The notes under the pieces were generated by a model. The model made no database searches and was not told the DNA's origin. It saw nothing but the letters and a program-made list of their open reading frames with translations. The position numbers were made by a program, and so were the translations under genes. Positions 51,134-58,547 of a DNA stretch of 64,000 nucleotides are shown piece after piece. This DNA is from Bacteroidales bacterium (GTDB lineage Bacteria > Bacteroidota > Bacteroidia > Bacteroidales > WCHB1-69). Every line of letters begins with the position of its first letter. The first letter of the stretch is position 1. The stretch covers positions 645-64,644 of the forward strand of contig JAFPVR010000114.1 of assembly GCA_017395245.1 (NCBI GenBank). The letters are read 5' to 3'.

Positions 51134-52489
51134 TTAGTCGCCGTTACCCTCCGTTTCAACGTCTTTCACGCAACGCACGGACAGACCATGATAAATATGC
51201 CGATCGCCGGACATGAGCCCGCGTTCCGAATAACCCAGATAACGAACGTATGTGTAATCCGTACTTGACTCTTTGCGCGCCGAGGTCATAAAGTAGCAGT
51301 TGTAGTTAAACGCGCCGAGATTATTGTTATATACACCTGCGGGCTGGGCAGTGAAAAGCGTGATATTATTGGATGTCATGTCGTTACCTACTGCGCAAGA
51401 GGTGGTGGAGGTGTTCCAGTGGTCGGTGGAGGCCAATGCCTTGCCGACATAGTCAGCGTTGTTTCCGCAGAGGTTGTTGGCATCGTATTTGAGGAACGTA
51501 ACCATCTGGTCGAACTCGGCGGGTGACGGCAGATGCCAGCCCTCAGGACAAATGCCCTGCATGCCACTCGGGTTCAAGGTGGAGCCTGTGGAGCTATTGG
51601 TGCCCCGCCAAGCGGCCGTCCGGTTGTAGAGCAGTCCGTACACCTGCGTTTCCGCCTCGGAAGTATAGGGGTTATAGTAACGAGGATCGGAAGTATTGCT
51701 GGTGCCTTGCACGATCTCCGCCCCGTCGCTGTAGTGCTTGGTGCGGAGGTTCTCGCGCATCCAGCACTGGTCACCGATAACCACGGTCTTGTAAACGTTT
51801 CCGTCATAGTCGGCCACGGTGCCGCAATTGGTACCGTAGTTCTGGGTGATGGTGTTGTTGACGATGTTGCCGGTGGTGCCCGCCATGCCGAAACCGTTGT
51901 CGGCGCGGTTATAGCAAAGCACGCTGTTGAGCAGCTGGCCGTTGTTCTGCACGTAGGCGCCGCCGCCCTTGGCCTGGCTGGTCTCCGCCGTGTTGTAGGC
52001 CATGTTGTTCATCAGCACACAGTGGGTGACTTTGCCACCGTCGATAAGTGCGCCCGCGCCGTTACCCGTGGTGCGCCCGTAGCGAACGACACAGCCTTCA
52101 AGCGTCCCGCGCACCGTGGCAATGCGATGCGTGTAGTCGCCCGACAGGATGGTGCAAAGCGTCGGGTTCACCCAGTTGCTATTGTAACCCGGCGCTAACT
52201 TGTGCGTCGTGTCCGTGCCCGCGCTGGTGAGTTCGTAGCCGCCCATGACCATCACGCCGTTGGGGATGGTGATTTCCGACGTCAGCGTGTATTCGCCCAC
52301 CATCAGGTGGATAACGGTGTTGTTGTTGGCGTTGGTGAGCGCGGCCTGCAGTGTGTAGGCATTCTCCCAGCTCAGGCCGTTGGCACTGCCCGCACCGGCA
52401 GGCGTGGCGTACAGATGGGTCTGCGCCTGCGCGCCGATCCCCCACCCTGCCAGCAGGATTATGGTCCATAGTAGTTTTTTTCTGTTCAT
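51134..52489 (-). CDS. FISUMP-domain protein with N-terminal beta-helix-like module
   Basis: 451 aa with signal peptide. Contains ..GGGAYVQNNGQLLNSVLCYNRADNG.. then DYDGNVYKTVVIGDQCWMRENLRT..GICPEGWHLPS. Its stop is 3 nt before the giant ORF start. Confidence 0.8.
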   Translation of the reverse strand: MNRKKLLWTIILLAGWGIGAQAQTHLYATPAGAGSANGLSWENAYTLQAALTNANNNTVIHLMVGEYTLTSEITIPNGVMVMGGYELTSAGTDTTHKLAPGYNSNWVNPTLCTILSGDYTHRIATVRGTLEGCVVRYGRTTGNGAGALIDGGKVTHCVLMNNMAYNTAETSQAKGGGAYVQNNGQLLNSVLCYNRADNGFGMAGTTGNIVNNTITQNYGTNCGTVADYDGNVYKTVVIGDQCWMRENLRTKHYSDGAEIVQGTSNTSDPRYYNPYTSEAETQVYGLLYNRTAAWRGTNSSTGSTLNPSGMQGICPEGWHLPSPAEFDQMVTFLKYDANNLCGNNADYVGKALASTDHWNTSTTSCAVGNDMTSNNITLFTAQPAGVYNNNLGAFNYNCYFMTSARKESSTDYTYVRYLGYSERGLMSGDRHIYHGLSVRCVKDVETEGNGD

Positions 52490-52521
52490 ATTCTTGGTAT
52501 TACTTGTTATCGACTTTGCTT

Positions 52522-52596
52522 CTCCACACTGCGCTCCGCTTGTGTGGAGTTAATTGCGCTTTGCGCGTTTTGCCTCTCCGAGGCTGCTTAAGGAAG
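52522..52596 (-). repeat. structured 5'-leader repeat L6
   Basis: Stem CTCCACAC/GTGTGGAG shows a compensatory change. 33 nt before ATG 52489 and only 15 nt after the preceding stop at 52612. Confidence 0.8.
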
Positions 52597-52611
52597 CTTT
52601 TATTCTGCATT

Positions 52612-54309
52612 TTAATCATTCTTAAGGCACCGCACGGAAAAGCCGTAGGACATGTTCCGGGTGTGGCGGGTGAAAGAGCTGCTGTAGTAATAGTATTCCC
52701 GTTGCCATAGTTCTGAGCCGCTCCGGGTGGAAGACCAAATGCTGGTAAATTCGCCAAAGCTGTAGTATGAAGTTCCAGAGTATTCCTTGTAGCCGGTAGG
52801 ATATGCGGAAAACCAAGTGGCATTGTTCTGGGTCTGTTGCTGATAACCCACACAGCACTGAGAATTGCTGTTCGCCCATCCGGAATTATTGGAGAGTGCC
52901 TTGACAATAGAATTCGTATTGTTACCACAGCGGTATTTGGGCTGGGCACCCACGTAATTCGTGAGTTGCGTCAGCTCGGCATCCGTAGGGACGTGCCAGC
53001 CGTCGGGACAAAGGTTCTTGAGCGAATCCGTGCCGCACTTGACCTCCAAATAGAGACCCGCATACTGCGAGCTTCCGTTGGAGTAGAATCGCAACGTGAG
53101 GGCACCGGCAGTGGAATTCACAGAGAAAATACCCGTGCCCCCATATTCGCCTATCAGATTGTCCGTACCCACACCATCGTACACGTAAAGTTTGTCGCAA
53201 CAGTTCTCTGTCACGTAACGGCCGCTCAGCGACAGCTGCTGTCCCTCCTCTCCGGGCAACACCACCAGATAGCCGTTGCAGTTACTGGAATAATACGCGT
53301 TCTCGCCGCCATTGTCGTAAATCCGCATGCCACAGGTGGTGACAGTATCCCATCCCGTGACAGGCATATTGTAAACGGACGTGCTGGTGGCGGGCGCCAA
53401 TCCCAAAACGGCATAACCATTGTAAAGGTATCCGTATTTCTGGAGTATTTCGGCATTCATATAGTTGTAGTAGCCATCAAAACGCAGCGTGTTCGCCAAT
53501 TCATCGCCACTGGTGTAGAGCGGGATGTACGTTCCATCGCTGAAGTGGGTGGTGCGGAGACTTTCGCGCATCCAGCACTGGTCACCGATGACGACGGTCT
53601 TATAGACGTTGCCGTCGTAGTCCTGCACGGGACCGCAGCCTAACGGGGTGTTATTGGTGATGGTATTGTTAATAAGCGTGGAGCCGCTGCCGGCCACTCC
53701 CGCCCCGTCGTCGGCACGGTTTTGGGTTACGACACAGTTCAGCAGCTGCGCGTTGTTGCGCACGTAGACACCGCCGCCTCGTGCTGTACCGTCCAACGGG
53801 TCAATGGCGTCGCACTCCTTGATAACGCAGTGGCGGGCAATGCCGCCGTCGAGAAAGAGACCGCCGCCAAAGCCGTCGGTATAGCCGTTGCGCACCACAC
53901 AGCCGTCAATGACGCCGCCTACCCAGGCTATGCGGTGCGTGCCCGCGCCCGAGATAATGGAACAGTAGGTCGTGTCCGTCCACCGGCTGTTCACGCCGGG
54001 GAAACGCCGCAGGTTGGTATCCGTGCTGTGGGAATCTGTGCGGTAGCCGCCCCGCACGGTCACGCCGGCGGGAATCGTCACCTCGGCGGTGAGACCGTAG
54101 TCACCCACCATCATGTAGACATCGCCGCTGCCAACGCCGGTGCTGTCGACAATCACCGCCAGCGCGGCAGGCAGGGTCCGTTTGGCCGTCTCCCAGGTCT
54201 GACCGCTATTGCCGTCATTCCCGTGCGAGGACGACACGAACACCTGCGCGGGTGCCTGCAGCATGCATGCGCATAACATCAAAATCGGAATTATTCTCTT
54301 TATACTCAT
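52612..54309 (-). CDS. FISUMP-domain protein with beta-helix-like N-terminus and inserted CUB-like module
   Basis: 565 aa. Contains DYDGNVYKTVVIGDQCWMRESLRT and NLCPDGWHVPT, separated by a ~110-aa insert (TCGMRIYDNGG...DKLYVYDGVGTDNLIGEYGG...LTLRFYSNGSSQYAGLYLEV). Confidence 0.8.
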   Translation of the reverse strand: MSIKRIIPILMLCACMLQAPAQVFVSSSHGNDGNSGQTWETAKRTLPAALAVIVDSTGVGSGDVYMMVGDYGLTAEVTIPAGVTVRGGYRTDSHSTDTNLRRFPGVNSRWTDTTYCSIISGAGTHRIAWVGGVIDGCVVRNGYTDGFGGGLFLDGGIARHCVIKECDAIDPLDGTARGGGVYVRNNAQLLNCVVTQNRADDGAGVAGSGSTLINNTITNNTPLGCGPVQDYDGNVYKTVVIGDQCWMRESLRTTHFSDGTYIPLYTSGDELANTLRFDGYYNYMNAEILQKYGYLYNGYAVLGLAPATSTSVYNMPVTGWDTVTTCGMRIYDNGGENAYYSSNCNGYLVVLPGEEGQQLSLSGRYVTENCCDKLYVYDGVGTDNLIGEYGGTGIFSVNSTAGALTLRFYSNGSSQYAGLYLEVKCGTDSLKNLCPDGWHVPTDAELTQLTNYVGAQPKYRCGNNTNSIVKALSNNSGWANSNSQCCVGYQQQTQNNATWFSAYPTGYKEYSGTSYYSFGEFTSIWSSTRSGSELWQREYYYYSSSFTRHTRNMSYGFSVRCLKND

Positions 54310-54353
54310 CTCTGTATATGTTCGTTCATCTCATCATCGTTTCATTATCCTCT

Positions 54354-54535
54354 TTCACCCAGGGCTCACTTCGTTCACCCTCACCTCTCCTTCACCCAGG
54401 GTGCTCACTTCGTTCACCCTCACCTCTCCTTCACCCAGGGCTCACTTCGTTCACCCTCACCTCTCCTTCACCCAGGGCTCACTTCGTTCACCCTCACCTC
54501 TCCTTCACCCAGGGCTCACTTCGTTCACCCTGGGC
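54354..54535 (-). repeat. 37-39-bp tandem repeat, 4 full + 1 partial units, in the leader of FISUMP 52612..54309
   Basis: Unit is ttcacccagggctcacttcgttcaccctcacctctcc (unit 2 has +tg). In gene sense each unit can fold as (C/G)AGGG-TGAACGAAGTGAG-CCCTG. The promoter-proximal partial unit (first in gene sense, 54504-54535) has a 7-bp stem, CCCAGGG/CCCTGGG. Confidence 0.9.
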
Positions 54536-54546
54536 TGACATACGAC

Positions 54547-54569
54547 GCCCTTACAGGGCTTTCAAGGAA
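54547..54569 (-). repeat. divergent leader-repeat 5' module (TTCCTTGAAAGCCCTGTAAGGGC)
   Basis: Shares the TTCCTTGA boundary and a GCCC-TGTAA-GGGC hairpin. Here the 37-bp tandem array takes the place of the usual hairpins. Confidence 0.45.
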
Positions 54570-54587
54570 TTATGTTTCAATATATTA

Positions 54588-54596
54588 GGGGGGGGG
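54588..54596. repeat. G9 (C9 in gene sense) homopolymer tract
   Basis: Sequence attaGGGGGGGGGtaacg. Intergenic, just upstream (gene sense) of an AT-rich box and the TTCCTTGA leader boundary. Confidence 0.9.
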
Positions 54597-54607
54597 TAAC
54601 GTTTACT

Positions 54608-54642
54608 CATTCTTCATTCTTCATTCTACATTCTTCATTCTG
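54608..54642 (-). repeat. 7-nt tandem array (5 units; gene-sense NAGAATG) immediately after a FISUMP stop
   Basis: Plus strand: cattctt cattctt cattcta cattctt cattctg, then the stop tca at 54643. Confidence 0.85.
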
Positions 54643-55986
54643 TCAGTCTTTCACGCAGCGGACGGAAAAACCGTATCGCTGGTCAATGTAAGAACTGTGC
54701 AAGTAATTATGGTAATTAAACATGTATCGATAATATGCGGAGCTTCCATAGAGGCTTGAAGTCCAGAAAACCGCTTGGGCTTTCCAATCACTGTAATAGT
54801 TGCTTGTGTTGAAATAGCCCACAGCATATATGCCGAACAGGGAGGCGTTGTTGGCGGACGGCTGGCAACCCACATTGCAAGTAGTGTTATTATCGTTCCA
54901 AAGTGTTTTGGCGGCCAGCGCCTTGCCGTAATTGTTATTGTTGCCGTTGCACCAATATCTCGGTACGCTCTGCACATAATTGACCAATTGGTCCCATTCA
55001 GCATTGCTCGGCACGTGCCAGCCATTTGGACAGATGCCCTGCACACCACTTGGGTTGGCGTTGGAGGAGGCCGCGCCGTGCATCACCGCCGCCCAGTTGT
55101 ATAGATAACCGCAGCGAATGAAAATGCTGGGGTCGGCCTGATGGTCATTCTCAGACACATAACCCCTGTAGCGGTATGGATCCGTGGAGGAGCACACCGT
55201 TCCCTCGGGTATGAGGGTGCCGTCGGCGAAACGGGTGGTGCGGAGGTTCTCGCGCATCCAGCATTGGTCGCCAAGCACAACCGTATGGTAGAGATTGCCG
55301 TCGTAATCGGCCACCACGCCGCAGTCAGTGGGCCGGTTGCGGGTGATCGTGTTGCTGATGAGACTGCCATTGCCGCCAGCCGCGCCCGCACCCTTGTCGC
55401 CCCGGCACTCCGTGACCACACAGTTGAGCAACGTACCGCCATTCCGCACATAAGCACCGCCGCCCTCGGCAGGTGTTCCGTCAGGATCCTCGTTGTAGGC
55501 GTCGCACTCCTTGAGGACGCAGTAGCGCACGACCGCATTAGTCCCGTCAATGAGGACGCCACCGCCGTAGGTGCTCGTAAACCCGTGACGGATCACACAG
55601 CCGTCCAAAGCACCGTTCACAGTGGCAATGCGGTGGACGCCCGTGCCCGTAACGATAGTGCACCAGTTGGTATCCGCCCAGTGGAGGTTCGCACCCGGGA
55701 GCCGCCGTTGCGAGGTGTCGGTGCCGGTCGATGTCGGATCGTAGCCGCCCATGACGGTCTTCCCTTGCGGGATGACCAGCTCCGCATCCGTGCTGTACGC
55801 ACCTGCCTTCACAAAGACCGTACCGCCCGGCTGTGCAAGACCCGCCGCGAGCGTCTTCTTCGCAGTCTCCCATGAGGTACCCGCGCCGCTGTCGTCGGTA
55901 GCGGAGGAGGAGACGTAGATATTCTGCGCATGGACGCATGTCACCCATACGCACAGCACGACGAGGGCCAGCATGTGCCGCATCAT
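54643..55986 (-). CDS. FISUMP-domain protein with N-terminal beta-helix-like module
   Basis: ORF 54643..56136. Start moved to ATG 55986 (MMRHMLALVVLCVWVTCVHAQ), because the upstream 50 codons translate the leader repeat. Contains DYDGNLYHTVVLGDQCWMRENLRT. Confidence 0.8.
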   Translation of the reverse strand: MMRHMLALVVLCVWVTCVHAQNIYVSSSATDDSGAGTSWETAKKTLAAGLAQPGGTVFVKAGAYSTDAELVIPQGKTVMGGYDPTSTGTDTSQRRLPGANLHWADTNWCTIVTGTGVHRIATVNGALDGCVIRHGFTSTYGGGVLIDGTNAVVRYCVLKECDAYNEDPDGTPAEGGGAYVRNGGTLLNCVVTECRGDKGAGAAGGNGSLISNTITRNRPTDCGVVADYDGNLYHTVVLGDQCWMRENLRTTRFADGTLIPEGTVCSSTDPYRYRGYVSENDHQADPSIFIRCGYLYNWAAVMHGAASSNANPSGVQGICPNGWHVPSNAEWDQLVNYVQSVPRYWCNGNNNNYGKALAAKTLWNDNNTTCNVGCQPSANNASLFGIYAVGYFNTSNYYSDWKAQAVFWTSSLYGSSAYYRYMFNYHNYLHSSYIDQRYGFSVRCVKD

Positions 55987-56002
55987 GCCCCATTCTTCGC
56001 GC

Positions 56003-56115
56003 GCCCCACACTGCGGCTTCGCCTTGTGTGGGGTTATTTGCACTGCGTGCGTGTTGCCTTGCCACCCCGCCCTTCGGGCACCCCTCCAAAGGAGGGGAAT
56101 TGGCTGCTTAAGGAA
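56003..56115 (-). repeat. structured 5'-leader repeat L7 (module-swapped variant)
   Basis: The CCCCACAC hairpin and the GCAC-TGC-GTGC hairpin are kept. The GCCTC hairpin is replaced by GCCC-TTC-GGGC plus CCCCTCC-AAA-GGAGGGG. 17 nt before ATG 55986. Confidence 0.75.
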
Positions 56116-56117
56116 AT

Positions 56118-56161
56118 CATATTCAGCATTCATCATTCAGCATTCATCATTATACATTGAA
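56118..56161 (-). repeat. 7-nt tandem array (~6 units; gene-sense NNGAATG) immediately after a FISUMP stop
   Basis: Plus strand: cattcat cattcag cattcat cattata cattgaa, then the stop tca at 56162. Confidence 0.8.
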
Positions 56162-58471
56162 TCAGTCTTTTACACAGCGGATAGAAATCCAATAATTCTT
56201 GTTCACATTGGTGGAATTGAGGTTCGCATCGTCGTATCGAACCCTGAACCGATAGGCATCCCCGTCATTGTACTGGGTGGCGGACCAGTAGGATGCCTCC
56301 ACCGCGAAATCGGAAAAGTTGTTGTTCCACCAGAAGCCTGCCGGCATGGCCGTGAAGCCAGTGGCATTGTTGCCGGACTGGTTGTAGCCAGGATTGCAGC
56401 TGCTCCAGGAGTAGTTCTGCCAACCGGAGGTGGCGGCAAGCGACCGCCCGATATAGGCCGAGTTGTTGTCGCAACGGTTGGCGGGCAGGCTCCCAACATA
56501 CGTAGCCAGCTGTTCCCACTCTGAACGGCTCGGCAAGTGCCAAGCGTTCGGACAAACACCCTGCACGTAAGAGGGATTTCCGTTGGAGGAGGTGGCACCG
56601 TTCATCACCCCGGACCAGTTGTAGAGCAGGCCGTATGTGCTCTGAGTGGCCGCCTGACCATTCGGGTACTTATGATCCACCTCGCCACCCGCGGCATAGT
56701 GCTTGGTGCGGAGGTTCTCCTTCATCCAGCACTGTTGCCCGATCAGCACAGTGTTATAAGTGTTGCCGTCGTAGTCGGTGACGGTGGGTGCGCCAGGACA
56801 GGGCTGTCCGGCCGTGGTGAACGTGACGGTCTCCCCGTAGGCTGTCCCAATGGCGTTGGTGGCGTAGGCTCGAACGTAATAGGTGGTGTTGGCGGAAAGT
56901 CCAGTCAGGTTGCTGACGAAGTTGCCCACGCCATTACCGTCGGTGGTGTGGTTGCCGCTCACGGTCGGGTTCTCCTCCGTGCCCCAACAAACGCCTCTGG
57001 CCGTCACCACTGAGCCGCCGTCGGAGGTGATATTGCCGCCGCACGTGGCTGAAATGGCCGACACGTTCGTCACCGGCGAGGTGGTGATCACCGGCACCGT
57101 CTGCCCATCTACATTCGCAATCGTCGCATCACGCAGGCAGCGCACCGAACAACCATATTCCTTATTGAAATTTGATTTGTCCACAGTCGACCAAGTGCAG
57201 TAAAGACCGACAAAATAGCCAGAATTCACACTATATTGCGTAGCAGTCCAATAACGCGCATCATCCTTGGGATATTGGAACCCGCTGTTCCAATATCCGC
57301 CCGGGTATGCTGTAAAGCGGGTGGCGTTGTTCGAAGACTGGTTCCAACCGATAACGCAGGTACTGTTAGAACCATTCCAACCCGAATTCGACGCGAGCGA
57401 CTTGGCAATATGGGTACTATTATTGTTGCAAGCATACATCGGCATAGAGGAAACATAGTCGAAAAGCAACAGCCACTCCGCACGGGAAGGAAGATGCCAG
57501 CCGTCAGGACAGATGCCCTGTACGCCGCTCGGATTGCCATTGGAGGAAGCGGCCCCGTTCATGACGGCGTGCCAGTTGTAGAGCAACCCGCTCTTGGCGA
57601 TATTCAACGCCGTGTTTTCATAATAGCATGAGGTGCTCTGACTCGCAGTCGCTAACGGGATGGCGTTGCCGTCGGGAAAGTGGGTGACACGCAGGTTCTG
57701 CTTCATCCAGCACTGGGTGCCGATGAGCACGGCATCATAATAGTTGCCGTCGACATCGACCACATAACCACAGCTGATCGGGGCATTTCGGGTGATGGTG
57801 TTGTTGATGAGAGAACCGTCCTCACCGGCCACGCCCACCCCATTGTCGGCGCGGCACTCCGTGACCACGCTGTTGATGAGCACGCCGTTGTTGCGCACAT
57901 ACACGCCGCCGCCCTCCGCGCTGTAGTCATCGTCGTCGATGGCATCGCACTCCTTGACTACGCAGTAACGGGCCATACCGCCATCGAGGAGCAGACCGCC
58001 GCCGATGGTGGAGGAATGACCCATACGTACCACACAACCTTCAAGGGTACCGTTCACTGTGGCGATACGGTGGTTGCCCGCGCCGGAGATGATGGTACAC
58101 CATGTGTTGTCTGTCCAGTGGGCATTCACGCCGGGCAACCGCCGCAGCGTGGTGTCCGTACCCTCGGAAATCTGCTGGTAGCCGCCCTTCACGATGACGC
58201 CCTGCGGAATGATGAACTCGGCCGTGGTGGCATAGTCGCCCGCCATCACATAGACGATGCCGTTTGTGCCAGCCGCCACAATACCCGCTTGGACAGTTTG
58301 TTTAGCTGTTGTCCACGAGGAACCGTCGCCGGAATCGTCCGTCGCCGCAGAAGAGACAAACACAACGGTCTGCGCCCCGGCAGAGAAAAACAAGCCAAAG
58401 CACAACATCAAACACAACCAATTGACTATTAAAATATTGCTATTTCTAAAAAAAGTAAACCTATCCGCCAT
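56162..58471 (-). CDS. double-FISUMP-domain protein (beta-helix-like N-terminus, Fn3/Ig-like middle)
   Basis: The ORF-track start at 58519 is a TTG. The ATG at 58471 (MADRFTFFRNSNILIVNWLCLMLCFGLFFSAGAQ) lies 19 nt after a TATATTTG box. Two FISUMP cores: DVDGNYYDAVLIGTQCWMKQNLRV and DYDGNTYNTVLIGQQCWMKENLRT. Confidence 0.8.
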   Translation of the reverse strand: MADRFTFFRNSNILIVNWLCLMLCFGLFFSAGAQTVVFVSSAATDDSGDGSSWTTAKQTVQAGIVAAGTNGIVYVMAGDYATTAEFIIPQGVIVKGGYQQISEGTDTTLRRLPGVNAHWTDNTWCTIISGAGNHRIATVNGTLEGCVVRMGHSSTIGGGLLLDGGMARYCVVKECDAIDDDDYSAEGGGVYVRNNGVLINSVVTECRADNGVGVAGEDGSLINNTITRNAPISCGYVVDVDGNYYDAVLIGTQCWMKQNLRVTHFPDGNAIPLATASQSTSCYYENTALNIAKSGLLYNWHAVMNGAASSNGNPSGVQGICPDGWHLPSRAEWLLLFDYVSSMPMYACNNNSTHIAKSLASNSGWNGSNSTCVIGWNQSSNNATRFTAYPGGYWNSGFQYPKDDARYWTATQYSVNSGYFVGLYCTWSTVDKSNFNKEYGCSVRCLRDATIANVDGQTVPVITTSPVTNVSAISATCGGNITSDGGSVVTARGVCWGTEENPTVSGNHTTDGNGVGNFVSNLTGLSANTTYYVRAYATNAIGTAYGETVTFTTAGQPCPGAPTVTDYDGNTYNTVLIGQQCWMKENLRTKHYAAGGEVDHKYPNGQAATQSTYGLLYNWSGVMNGATSSNGNPSYVQGVCPNAWHLPSRSEWEQLATYVGSLPANRCDNNSAYIGRSLAATSGWQNYSWSSCNPGYNQSGNNATGFTAMPAGFWWNNNFSDFAVEASYWSATQYNDGDAYRFRVRYDDANLNSTNVNKNYWISIRCVKD

Positions 58472-58489
58472 AATGACAATTTTAGGCGG

Positions 58490-58497
58490 CAAATATA
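58490..58497 (-). promoter_or_regulatory. -7 box (TATATTTG)
   Basis: 19 nt upstream of ATG 58471, just after the stop of the second giant gene. Confidence 0.55.
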
Positions 58498-58547
58498 CAT
58501 TTTTTATGACAAGAAACAATCAGATATTAACAAAAAAATGTGCATTA

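Noticed and set aside
54354-54535. Possible CRISPR array (37-bp direct repeats); also the 31300-31446 array
   Set aside because: The units are directly adjacent with no spacers, the heptamer units are far too short, and no cas genes are present in the window.
54209-54599. ORFs with repeated SLRSPSPLLHPG / TSFTLTSPSPR peptides that look like a repeat protein
   Set aside because: They are read-through of the 37-bp tandem DNA repeat in an intergenic leader. The period is not a multiple of 3, so the frames rotate.
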